A DNA stretch of 64,000 bases, taken from contig NC_068986.1 of the NCBI RefSeq assembly GCF_001194135.2, positions 754,006 to 818,005 of the forward strand, read 5' to 3'. Source of the DNA: Octopus bimaculoides (taxonomy: Eukaryota). The translations under genes and the position numbers were made by a program. This document shows, piece after piece, positions 1 to 10,900 of this stretch (position 1 is its first letter; each line of letters begins with the position of its first letter). The notes under the pieces are model-generated. The model was not told the DNA's origin and did not search any database. It saw only the letters and a program-made list of their open reading frames with translations.

Positions 1-41
<41 letters not shown>
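1..41. repeat. (AC)n microsatellite
   Basis: Pure AC run at the window start. Confidence 0.95.
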
Positions 42-42
<1 letters not shown>

Positions 43-49
43 TTAATCA

Positions 50-258
50 TTGTCATCATCAGTTAACAGCCGGTGTCCATTCTGACATGGATTGGACAGT
101 TTGACCAGGGCTGGTCTTTTGTCACCTCACCTGAAAGGTTCAGCATCCTGAGGTTATTCTTCAATACTTCATCCCATGTCTTCCTGCTCAATCCACTTTA
201 AGAAATCAATACTTCTCTATGGAGCAGTCCGCATCCATCCACATCACTGTGTGTGGGG
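50..258 (-). mobile_element. RTE-clade LINE 3' end remnant (RT C-terminus plus stem-loop/(GAT)n tail)
   Basis: Minus strand translates as ...MWMDADCSIEKY*...RKTWDEVLKNNLRMLNLSGEVTKD, matching the RTE motif GRPRKTW.E.V..DL..L.L. It is followed by TGTCCAATCCCATGTCAGAATGGACAC...TTAACTGATGATGAC, a diverged form of the tail on the SINE family at 2087, 38743 and 61334. Confidence 0.75.
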
Positions 259-267
259 GATGTGTTT

Positions 268-595
268 GAGGACATGTGGTTTAGTGGTTAGGGGTACTCA
301 GTTCACAAGTATAAGCTCATGAGTTTGATTTCTGGCAGTGCATTGTCTCCTTGAGCAAGTCACTTTATTTGATGATGCTTCAGTCCATTCAACTTGCAAA
401 AAATGAGTTGTATCTGTAATTCAAAGGGTCAGCCTTGTCACACTCTGTGTCACACTGAATCTCCTTGAGAACTACATGAAGGGTATATGTGTTTGTGGAG
501 TATTCAACCACTTGCATGTTAATTTCACAAGCAGGCTGTTTCATTAATTGGATCAATTGGAACCCTTGTCATCGTAATTGACAAAGTGCCACTTT
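268..595 (+). mobile_element. tRNA-derived CORE-type SINE (old copy)
   Basis: A-box-like TGGTTTAGTGGTTAG, B-box-like GAGTTTGATTTCT, then the CORE-like motif CCTTGAGCAAGTCACTTTA. Confidence 0.7.
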
Positions 596-812
596 GAGAG
601 TTTGTGTGTATGTGTGTGTGTGTGTGTAGGAGGTGGTATCAGAATGTTCCCAGACAAATTATGTTTAACAAAAAGTAACTTATTTACCTAAATTTTAACA
701 TCATCTCCTTTAAAATAGTCACAGATGTGCAGCCATCTGTTGGTGTGCTACAGAACTAGTCTGGGAACTTTTTTGACACCACCTTGTGTGTGTTTGTATA
801 TGTGTGCATGTG

Positions 813-843
<31 letters not shown>

Positions 844-846
844 ATA

Positions 847-2071
847 CACAGACATGACAAAACAGACACCCTTATAATCATTAAAATTTATTTAAATTTG
901 AAATTATACATTCAAATTATTTATTAATTGCTATAATGTGAGCATTTAATATTTAGTAGACGTGCCCTTTGCATTTTTCAATGCAAGGACCCTATCAGGC
1001 ATCTGGTCAAATGACAAATATTCTCTTGTGGATTTTATTGTTAAGTTTCATGCAGTAATCTCGAAATAACTGGCTTTGAAGATGCTTTCTTTTTATGAAG
1101 TGTTCTGTCTATTATGCCCCAGAGGTGTTCAATAGGGTTCATATCTGGTGACTGGCTTGGTCATGGAAGCTTGTTAATGTCATTCTCTAACAACAAATCT
1201 TGTGTCATTTTAGCCGTGTGACAAGGAGTCTCATCTTCTGTAAATAAAGAGTCTTCTTTAATCATTTTACCACTTCAGAAGCTTGGAAGAAGTCCTTTCT
1301 GTAATATGGACTTATATTTATCTGAGTTTATGTTTCCCTCACACTCCACCAGTTCTGATTGACCATTGCTCCAAATTGCTCTCCAGACCATCACATAATA
1401 GCTGCCATGTTTCATTGTTGGCTGCAATATTTTCACATCAAATTCTTGGTCACAGAGTCTCCAGACCCACACTCGGTCACTGTCAGGAAATACAGCAAAT
1501 CTGAACTCATCAGAGAATATGACAGCGTCTCAAAATGCTAGTGGCCTCTCCACCATCTCACTGGTTCATTCTTTTCTCTGCTTCATATTGGCTGGTCAAA
1601 GAAGTGGCTTCCTTCTTGCTGCTCTGCTATAGTAACCAAGTTTGTGGAGATACCTGACAGCTATTCTTGGACCGATACCAACTTGTTCTGCTATGTCAGA
1701 GGATTATCCTCCACACTTCTCTTAATAAAGAAAAGAGTCCTGTCAGAGGACCCTGGTTGATCTGGGCGAGGTGATGTGGACTCCTTCTCCTCTCTAGTGA
1801 ATTGCACAGTCACTCTATTAACTGTAGAAAGCAGGATCACAAGGTTTTCAGCAGTTTTACGCTATGTCCACCTTCAGTTTGACCCACAATACGGACTCTT
1901 TGAAATTCCTGACATTTCCAAGGCTTCTTTTCTACATGGAATGATTAAACAGTCACATATAGAATCTGAAACATAAAAATGTCAATTAATAAGAAATATA
2001 AACCTTTACAAGTTAGAATAATCATAAAACAATGTTTTATGGGTTGTCTATTTACTTCTGACAAGTGTGTG
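847..2071 (-). mobile_element. Tc1/mariner (Tc1, DD34E) DNA transposon, decayed, with both TIRs and TA flanks
   Basis: Left end TA|CACAGACATGACAAAA..CAGACACCC matches the reverse complement of the right end TA|CACACACTTGTCAGAAGTAAATAGACAACCC. A transposase remnant lies inside. Confidence 0.85.
946..1937 (-). pseudogene. Tc1-like transposase pseudogene
   Basis: HTH region EFQRVRIVGQTEGGH..RKTAENLVILLSTVNRV; TMKHGSYYVMVWRAIW; EDETPCHTAK...LP*PSQSPDMNPIEHLW with 34 residues between D and E; C-terminus DQMPDRVLALKNAKGTSTKY*. It has in-frame stops and frameshifts. Confidence 0.9.
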
Positions 2072-2086
2072 TATATATATATATAT

Positions 2087-2273
2087 CATCATCATCATCA
2101 TCATCGTTTAACGTCCGCTTTCCATGCTAGCATGGGTTGGACGATTTGACTGAGGACTGGTGAAACCGGATGGCAACACCAGGCTCCAGTCTGATTTGGC
2201 AGAGTTTCTACAGCTGGATGCCCTTCCTAACGCCAACCACTCAGAGAGTGTAGTGGGTGCTTTTACGTGTCAC
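2087..2273 (-). mobile_element. RTE-tailed SINE, young subfamily copy, truncated by the assembly gap
   Basis: (CAT)n GTTTAACGTCCGCTTTCCATGCTAGCATGGGTTGGACG...GGATGCCCTTCCTAACGCCAACCACTC; about 3-4 differences from the 61334 copy over about 140 nt; CpGs retained. Confidence 0.9.
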
Positions 2274-2852
2274 NNNNNNNNNNNNNNNNNNNNNNNNNNN
2301 NNNNNNNNNNNNNNNNNNNNNNNNNNNNNNNNNNNNNNNNNNNNNNNNNNNNNNNNNNNNNNNNNNNNNNNNNNNNNNNNNNNNNNNNNNNNNNNNNNNN
2401 NNNNNNNNNNNNNNNNNNNNNNNNNNNNNNNNNNNNNNNNNNNNNNNNNNNNNNNNNNNNNNNNNNNNNNNNNNNNNNNNNNNNNNNNNNNNNNNNNNNN
2501 NNNNNNNNNNNNNNNNNNNNNNNNNNNNNNNNNNNNNNNNNNNNNNNNNNNNNNNNNNNNNNNNNNNNNNNNNNNNNNNNNNNNNNNNNNNNNNNNNNNN
2601 NNNNNNNNNNNNNNNNNNNNNNNNNNNNNNNNNNNNNNNNNNNNNNNNNNNNNNNNNNNNNNNNNNNNNNNNNNNNNNNNNNNNNNNNNNNNNNNNNNNN
2701 NNNNNNNNNNNNNNNNNNNNNNNNNNNNNNNNNNNNNNNNNNNNNNNNNNNNNNNNNNNNNNNNNNNNNNNNNNNNNNNNNNNNNNNNNNNNNNNNNNNN
2801 NNNNNNNNNNNNNNNNNNNNNNNNNNNNNNNNNNNNNNNNNNNNNNNNNNNN
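2274..2852. other. assembly gap (N run)
   Basis: Ns. Confidence 1.
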
Positions 2853-2862
2853 AAGCACTGTG

Positions 2863-2909
<47 letters not shown>

Positions 2910-4183
2910 AGTAATATAAGATGTAGATTCAGAGAATCGTGTAGGACTCAGCTATAAGTCCACATAGTAATCAGTTGGTGATTTGATGAACTAGCTTCCT
3001 TTATTTGCATTAATTTGTGAATTTACAAACATATTGTATAATGATGAACATGATTATTGATGCAAACATATGCACACAATTTCTTCCATTCTGAAATTAA
3101 TACTGCATGAACATGGTTGCAAAATGGCTGTAATCCTATGGAATCTCAAACCTTCTTACTTTATGGTTTTGTGTGTGTGTGTGTGTGTGTGCGTGTGTGT
3201 GCATGCATGTGTGTGTGTGTGTGCACATGCACACGCATGTCTATGTGTATTTGTATGCAGGTGTATGTTTATGTGTGTACCTACACAGCCATATGCAAAA
3301 TGTATCTTTATTCCTTCTTTCTCTTTATGGTGTCTTCTGGATGATTGAATAAAGCTGTTGCAATGGTGTCTCACAAGACAACAGCCTGTTTCCATAATAA
3401 AGTGCACCACAAAGTTTGCTGATAATGCAATATATAAGATTAAAGGATGTGCAGCAGAAGTTTTGCATAATGTGGTAATGTGAATAAGGTCCAGCGATGG
3501 TTGTAGTGTTATTAATGTAGGAGCAGGTGTTACATGATCAGCAAATATACTTGAAAGTGCCTGGTTGAATATTTCTCTGTAGACAGAGTAGGGAGTAAAG
3601 AAAGTATGGTTTCTGAGAAAGGCTCCAAATTGTCGAAGTTCAAATCAAATTGTTCACTTTTTTTTTCTTTATGCAGAGAAATAAACAGAAAAAAACCCAC
3701 ATTTATATTTGTATATTTATGCATTTATAAAACATCAAAGCTTCAGTATTCTATTGTTGTCATAAAACAACTTGTCTACTTGAAATCTCATATAGAAAAT
3801 ATGCTTTTTCACACATCAGTGAATATCATTTAAAAAAATACTGAGCCACAATACAAACTGATATTATCTCTCCAATTTAATTTTATTATTTATTCCTAAT
3901 AACAAAACCAGACACTCCCCTGCACATACATCAGTCTGCTACTTTGCATTCATTACCTTCAAATATAGACAACTAACAATAAAACCAATAGTTCAATAAA
4001 CAGTCCACGTTGCACCTGCCCTTTACACTTCTGTACGAAATGAATATGTCCTCGATTTCATAGGAGATCCACAGTCGAAAGAGGCTCCCCACAATAAAGC
4101 CATCAGTCATTTTGAGGCATCGACTTTTCCAACACTCAGAATGAAATATGCAGATTTTCTATAAGATGCAGTGCACTCAAGGG

Positions 4184-4380
4184 TGAGTGCTTGTGCATCA
4201 CCTTATAATTTCCTCAGAGCCTCAAAAATGAAGTACATGTTTATTTGTGTAAACATGTAAATACTATAAGGTGATACACAAGCACTCAGCTCTGAGTTCA
4301 CTGTATCTTTTTGCAGAAACAACTGTAAGCTAATGAAATTGATTATGTAATTACTGTTCCCTTGTAAATCGTTTAATTTC
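4184..4380. mobile_element. dispersed repeat fragment with a local inverted duplication (related to 17640-17765)
   Basis: TGAGTGCTTGTGCATCACCTTATA (4184-4207) is the reverse complement of TATAAGGTGATACACAAGCACTCA (4265-4288) at 23/24 positions. GATACACAAGCACTCAGCTCTGAG and the downstream sequence recur near 17667. Confidence 0.7.
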
Positions 4381-4416
4381 ATACTCACACGTGCATGTGT
4401 GAGTGTGTGTGGTTTG

Positions 4417-4631
4417 AAGTAAATCTAAATGGCGTTTAAAACTTACGATAGCTGTTTCGGTAGAATTTTATTAATGCATTCATAGAAGATTACATCACAA
4501 CATATAATCCACCATCATCAGATAAGAAATCTCCCTTGGGTTATATATTATGGTGTAGTCTACTATGAATGCTTTAATAAGATTCTACCAAAACAGCTGT
4601 CTTATATCTTAAATGTCATTTGTGTTTACTT
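4417..4631. mobile_element. palindromic (fold-back) MITE-like element
   Basis: Arms of about 90 nt (4417-4508 and 4541-4631) are imperfect reverse complements: AAGTAAA...AGCTGTTTCGGTAGAAT...GCATTCATAG versus CTATGAATGC...ATTCTACCAAAACAGCT...TTTACTT. Confidence 0.75.
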
Positions 4632-6196
4632 TTTATACCTATGCCACAACAAGGACCAACCCCAGAATCACATCTACAGTTTAAATTGGATTTGGTACTT
4701 GCATATCTATAGTATTCTACCAAAACTTGATGTCTTCAACGTTGTTTACCTCACTTTGAGCTCTATGTTATTGTATTTGGGCATTTCTGATGTGCCTAGA
4801 TTCTAATGAATCCTTTTTAACGAAATCATATTTATCTTCGTTCACTGGTTTCAATCTTAGTGATCCTTGTTGTCCTGCAACTAAACAGCTAATATCAACA
4901 ACTTTTAGGTTAGCAATTCTAAGCTGTTTAAGTGGATGCCCTATCTACCCTGCTGTAATTTGATTGATAAAATATCTGTTGTACTCCTACAAAGTGTAAC
5001 TAACATTAAGTGAAGCACTGAAACACCCCTCTTGATACCAACCTTCTTGAGACAGCACTTGATTCTATGATATTAACTTCCTGTTTTAAAGTGGTCTAAA
5101 TTAAAACTTTCAATCAATATTCCATGTTAATTTATGTTCCAAACATCAGCTTAATAATGGGGAAATTTATTTTGCAATATTCTTCATTATTTTTTTAATT
5201 ATTTGAAACAAAGATAATGTGTTTCAACAGAAATATGGTAACAAAAGTGCTAAACTAGTGTTAAATTATCAAGAAACCAGAAAAGGTGATTTTATAGTTC
5301 CAGTTTTCAATAGAGAACAATACTAGTAAGGAACAAATAGCCCGAGCAGTCCACTCCTATCTATCAAATTTCGTATCTGGAATAATGAATTAGCAAACTC
5401 AGATATCACAGAAAAAGTTTCACAGAAAAAGCTTGTCACACTTTGGTTAGAATATCCATGTCTATCCTAGCTATAGACATGTTTTCAGATGGCCTGTAAA
5501 CCGTAATCAGCCTATAAGCTGTTTTCATCTGAATGGCTATTCTCTTTGATCTGAAGTGTAACCAACACAACCTGTCCTATTTCCTACATAAGCATTATAA
5601 TATTCCTCTGCGAAAGATATTTGTCTAGCAGAAATTCTATATCATACCCACCCTCACTTCACCCTTTTTCTAGCTAAATATAGGTTGCCTGTGCTTGCTA
5701 GAGCATTATATTTACCAACTTGCCTTCTGCTGGGTGCACCAATTCCACTCCTCTTTCGTTATGCAGTATTACTTTTTTAATTTTTATTTTAAGTATTGTT
5801 GCAGTTTATAATAAACAGAGAATATAAGAGTGAAAGAGAGAAAGAGATTTTTTTTCATTCAGTTGCTTGTGACATTTACCCAATGACCTTGTTGTAATGA
5901 TTCTAAAAATTTAGCTGCATGTGATCTGATTGAAGTAGTTGTACTTACATAACATGTCTGTGTTTACATATGCACACTATCATGCATACATATGTCCCTG
6001 TGAATATATATGTGTGTGTGTGTGTATGTATACACACACACACACACACACCCATTCTGACTTGAGAATCATTGGAAGGCTCCAAGAGTTTCTGCTGAGA
6101 TGAAAGTGGTCAGTTTCAACCTTTAGTTTAATTACTAACAAATATATACTTTACACATGTATTGAGTTCTTTGTCTTCTAAAACTAATCATATATA

Positions 6197-6282
<86 letters not shown>

Positions 6283-6417
6283 AAATTGGTTAGTTATTCA
6301 TAAGTCCCCAAAAAAAGGCACACTCCAAAAGTTTTTAAGCAATAATATTCTATGTAGTCATTGAAAGTTATCATTGGTTTCACATCTATTGTTGCTCTTA
6401 GCAATATAGTTGACTCA

Positions 6418-6654
6418 TCAGATCTGCTGGCCAAAGGCCCATAACCTCTCTACAAATGAAGGTAAGAATACAGTCTTGGTTAGCAAGGTTGTGAAACAAA
6501 ATTCTTCAAAGCAAAAACCCCTTCTGGGTGAGATGGAGTTATCTCCCTTCGAACAGTTCCAGTTGTGTCTGAAAAGGGTCAATTTTTGTACGCTTCTGTT
6601 CCTTATTCGCAATGAAGACCATGTCTCGAATATGACTTTTCTCTCATGAGACAC
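6418..6654 (-). mobile_element. possible Tc1/mariner-superfamily transposase N-terminal fragment
   Basis: IFETWSSLRIRNRS...SPRR resembles KF.ETGSV...RSGRP...SPRRS. The similarity is weak and by eye only. Confidence 0.3.
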
Positions 6655-7535
6655 CGACTAAATATTTCACTTTTGGAATATAAGAAGGCCTCCTGAGGAG
6701 TGGAGTGCAGTGCAATGATGATTTCTTGGTATGTGACAGTGATGATATGTGAATGTTGAAGTTACCAGGGGCTTTGACTTAGGAGAGAGTCAAAATGAGA
6801 TAAATGTCCACAATTTATGAAGACCTATCCTACCCCTGCTAACACACACATACACACACACACACATAGCAAGATCATCATCATCAACATCATGCCTTTA
6901 TCTCTCCAGGGTCAATAAAATAAAATACCAGTCATATACTGTGGTTTTGATTTAACCATTCTCTCCTCTAAAATTTTATGCTTTTTATCTATGTTAACAA
7001 TAATTGTTGTTATCATTTTCCCTTTTGCATTTCATGTTTTATTAGAATGCAAATCCTGCTGGTTTGACAGAGCAATTTTTTTTTTTTTTAATGTTAGAAA
7101 CTATTTTAATTTAAGACTGCACATCATGCAGACTTGTTAAACCATTGCTGCGAGTTATTTTTTTCCTGCATACATTTAGCATTCTCTAGTTTAATTCCCT
7201 CTTTTCATATACAACAAAGCTTTATCTTACACCAATAATTTGTTTGAAGCATCCTCATTTGTAGTCTAGTCTTAATTACTGTAATAAACTCCTGTTTATT
7301 CCATTATTCAATATCTCTTTTAATTCTGATTTTTTTTCCTTTGGTGGCTTAATTCAGATGGATTTGTATCAGCTTTTGTTCCTCCCCTTCTCTTTCCCTG
7401 CTTTTGTACAGTTTTTCTCTCTGTTTCCATACACTCGTTTTCTTGTCCTAGTTGTCTAAATAGTTTTTTTTTTGGTGGTGGGGATCTCTGTATAACTGCT
7501 TCATTCTTACATTGACTGTGTCACTTGCTACTTTA

Positions 7536-7720
7536 ATCATCAACCTTTAACATCCACCTCCCATACTAGTTATGGGATGGCCAGTTTAACAGGATTGGAC
7601 AGGTTAGAGGACTGCACTATGCTCTGGTGTCTGCTTTAGTATGGTTTCTACAAATGGATGTCTTTCCTAAAGCCAACCACCTGACTGAGGTTGCTTTTTT
7701 CATGGCACCAACATTACAGA
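7536..7720 (-). mobile_element. RTE-tailed SINE, old copy
   Basis: CATCAACCTTTAACATCCACCTCCCATACTAG...GGTTTCTACAAATGGATGTCTTTCCTAAAGCCAACCAC. Confidence 0.75.
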
Positions 7721-8226
7721 GATTGCCATGTATCCTGCAAGACTGAGATCCTCGCTGAGTGGGGTTGCAGTGGAGAGTGGGATATGGAGCTTTATGTTAG
7801 ATGATGAAAGGTTAAGCTATGAAGGAAGGGGCCAAAACAGGTTTTGTTCTGTGGAAGAGATACATCACTGTTCACATTGTACAAGAGTTGGTGTTAAAAT
7901 AATCAGTGTGAAGCTGGGAAGAGAGATAAAAAAATGATGATGAGGCAGCAAGGTGGGTGCTGGAGGTAGGAGAGGAAGAATGGTGGCTGGGTAGAGGTTG
8001 CAAGAGTGTGGGGTGGTAAGAGATGAGGCTAGGGGGGTGAAGAATATACTGAATGATGAACAACTGAATTACCAATTCCTTAATTAACATGTAAGTGGTT
8101 GATTATTCCCCACACATGTACATAATTATGAGAACCTGTCCTATCCATAATTATCAGATGGAATCAGCATGACATAGTGTGTAACAAGGTTGTGCTTTTG
8201 TGAAGTACAGGTACAATCTACTTGGT

Positions 8227-8390
8227 GGGCTTCTCTACAGTTTCCAGCTACCCAATGTCACTTGCAAGGTATGGGCCAATCTGAGGCTATAGAATATGAC
8301 ATTTGCCCAGGGTGCTTTGCAATGGGATTGAACTTGGGACCTAATGGTTGTAAAGTAAAACTTCTTGATTATTCAACCACATTGTGCCAA
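8227..8390 (-). mobile_element. tRNA/CORE SINE (abundant family), old copy
   Basis: Reverse complement gives a tRNA-like head, CCCTGGGCAAATGTC and the ...TAGCTGGAAACTGTAGAGAAGCCC tail. Confidence 0.75.
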
Positions 8391-9467
8391 TGTGTGCGTG
8401 TGTGTGTTTATAACGTTTATTGAATTATGTCTGAAGAGTGTAAACAGTGGTGAAGAGCTCGTCCTCTTTGAATGAAGTCCTTCATGAGAACAATGTACTC
8501 TGCTCCAAGTTATGGACACTCCCTTGTCACTCTCTGAAATGCTTTGACCCAGTGATTGGTCTATTGGAAATCTGTAATCAGTAACACTATTGTTCACTAA
8601 ATCTGTCATAAAATCAACGCTACCACTAACCTAAAGCTCACTCTGTCATCTAGATATTAATGGTATCACACAACATATTTATATTAACAACTTATTAATA
8701 CCACTAAGCTATTGGCATTCTATATTTTCTCACTGATAATCAACATGTGGTGACTTGTAGCTTGGCTGGTCACAGATTAAAGAAAATATTTTCTCTGCTC
8801 ATGAATATTTTACAGTTTTTTTTTTTTTAGTTCAAGAAACAATGAAATTCATTTACTGGCAAAACATTAAAGCTAGAATCAATGTTAGTTTTAGTTTCCT
8901 AACATCTATCCTCAACAACACTTTTTAAGTTAGATTGCTCAATTTCTAAAAATTTAATTTAATTTATTTATTCTCAGATCCCTATTAACCTCAAGTTAAT
9001 ATGTAGGTAACTGAAGTTCCTGTATTCATCTGTTTATCTTGCCTTGGGTCCTTTACTATCATAGGCTTGTCATCATGACATTGAGTGTCTTGTGTATCTA
9101 AACCATACGGAACCCAACTCACTCTACATCTGGCCACAACTACTGTCTTCTGCAAAGAAAGAAAAGAGTGACAGAGGGTTCAATCCCAGTAATGATTTGG
9201 TTCTTTATTTATCAAACACTTTAAAAGGTTTAAAGACAATGTTGACTTCAGTGAGATTTGAACACAGAGCACAGAAGCAAATACTGCAAGGAACACTGTC
9301 TGACATTCTAATGACTCTGCCAATTCACTTCTTTATTCATCTGTTTAGTGGGTAAAGATGGATTTACTATAGTGTGTATATAACAGCAATTCCACCTTTA
9401 ATTATTCCTGGTTGTTGAAACCAAAAGCTTATTATTACTAAAGAGAAAACTCAGGAAAACGTTATGA

Positions 9468-9667
9468 AGCCATCTGGCCCAAATATTTTGTTTTCTGCTA
9501 AAACTGGCCAAATCCAGCCTCTCACACCTACCTTACAATGTCATTCTAGAAATAATTTATTGCATCATTGAAATTTCAAAACTACAAGATAATACATGAT
9601 TAATTCAAAACAATGTGAATAAATAAGTTTTACATTTGACAGAGTAGCCTGAATGCTAAAGGGTTAA
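9468..9667. mobile_element. piggyBac-like MITE (family with TIR CCCTTTAGCATTCA), one end lost
   Basis: Ends TGAATGCTAAAGGG|TTAA; the interior is the reverse complement of the 28032 and 36429 copies. Confidence 0.7.
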
Positions 9668-10249
9668 GAGATAGAATGTCTTCTTCACTGCTTTTTCTGT
9701 AAATACTCCAGTTCCTTTGTTTTCTCTGTTTTAAGATGAATCTTTAGATTATTAAATAGAATTATTGACAAATGATTACTATATTTAGGACTGCTTTATA
9801 TCAACTTATTGTGTTGCATGATTTTATTAATTCAGTCGATGTCTTTTTCTGCTTTCACTGTCTATTTCTGTTTTATTTGTTCAAATGTTGACAATAAATG
9901 CACAACTTGCCTATTAATGCTTTTTTTGTATGGTCCTCTGTTGCAACAAATCATGTTAAAATGGCCAAATCTTTGGTTTATTTCATTCTCTTTTTCTTTT
10001 TATGGTCATTTGTAACCTTCCCTTTTGCTTTATTTCTGCAGTCTCCCTCTTTTTTCATTCTTGTTTTTGTATTAGTGCTATGAGTTTTATTTTTCCTTAT
10101 TTAAATTGCAAATAAAAATTTAGCTATATCAATAATAATTTAATAAAATTTATGGATGGCAGCTACAAGTGTACAAAGCATATTTTAAAATTCCGTTAAA
10201 TTTTTAAAGAGTTGCAACTAGTTATATAAAGCAATAACTGGATACCTAT

Positions 10250-10500
10250 ACAGATAGCTGGCTAATTAGCACAATCCTAGATAAATACCTAGGTGCATGA
10301 ATAGATAACTGGTTACATAGACTGCATGCTACACATAGCATTATATGTAGAGATATCGGATAGCTGGTTATATGGATAAATGATGTACTACATATTTATA
10401 TAGCTAGTTATTTGATAGCTGGCTTTGTAAACAAATGTCTGGCTACATAGATAGCTAGGTGTATAGATATATAGCTAGAGGGACAGATATCTACATACAG
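10250..10500. repeat. degenerate GATAGCT(G/A)G minisatellite
   Basis: Recurrent ATAGATAGCT, GATAGCTGG and GATAACTGG units. Confidence 0.6.
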
Positions 10501-10765
10501 ACATAAGTACACATGAACTTATGTACTTATACATCTGTCTACTTACACATGTAGGTACATATGTAATTAGGTATGTAGGTGGTCAGGTAGATGGCTTCAT
10601 ATATATAGCAATCTTAGGGTAGCATTAATGTATGTGAAGTGCTCAGCTACTTCTATGCTAATTCAATGAGCAAATTATTGAGTTGATCAAATTAGATAAA
10701 CTTTCCATCATTGAAACTGACTGGGAGTCATCCACACATGCACCTGTGTGTGTGTGAGTGTATCA

Positions 10766-10900
10766 TTATGATTTGACATCCACTGTCCCTGCTAGCATGG
10801 GTTGGACAGGTCGTGTGATCTCATTTTGCTCACATTTCATTTTCAGCTTGGTTACTTCAGATGGATACCCTACCTAACACCAGCCACTCTACAGAGTGTA
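10766..10900 (-). mobile_element. RTE-tailed SINE, old copy
   Basis: TTTGACATCCACTGTCCCTGCTAGCATGGGTTGGACAG...GGATACCCTACCTAACACCAGCCACTC. Confidence 0.75.

Noticed and set aside
2160-2957. Long ORFs spanning N runs (also 39647-40270, 39668-40195 and 45674-46081)
   Set aside because: Artefacts of assembly gaps and TA/TG microsatellites.
6402-6461. Possible 60-nt exon with a strong donor AAG|GTAAGA
   Set aside because: Stops in all three frames and overlaps a probable transposase remnant; could only be non-coding and has no further support.
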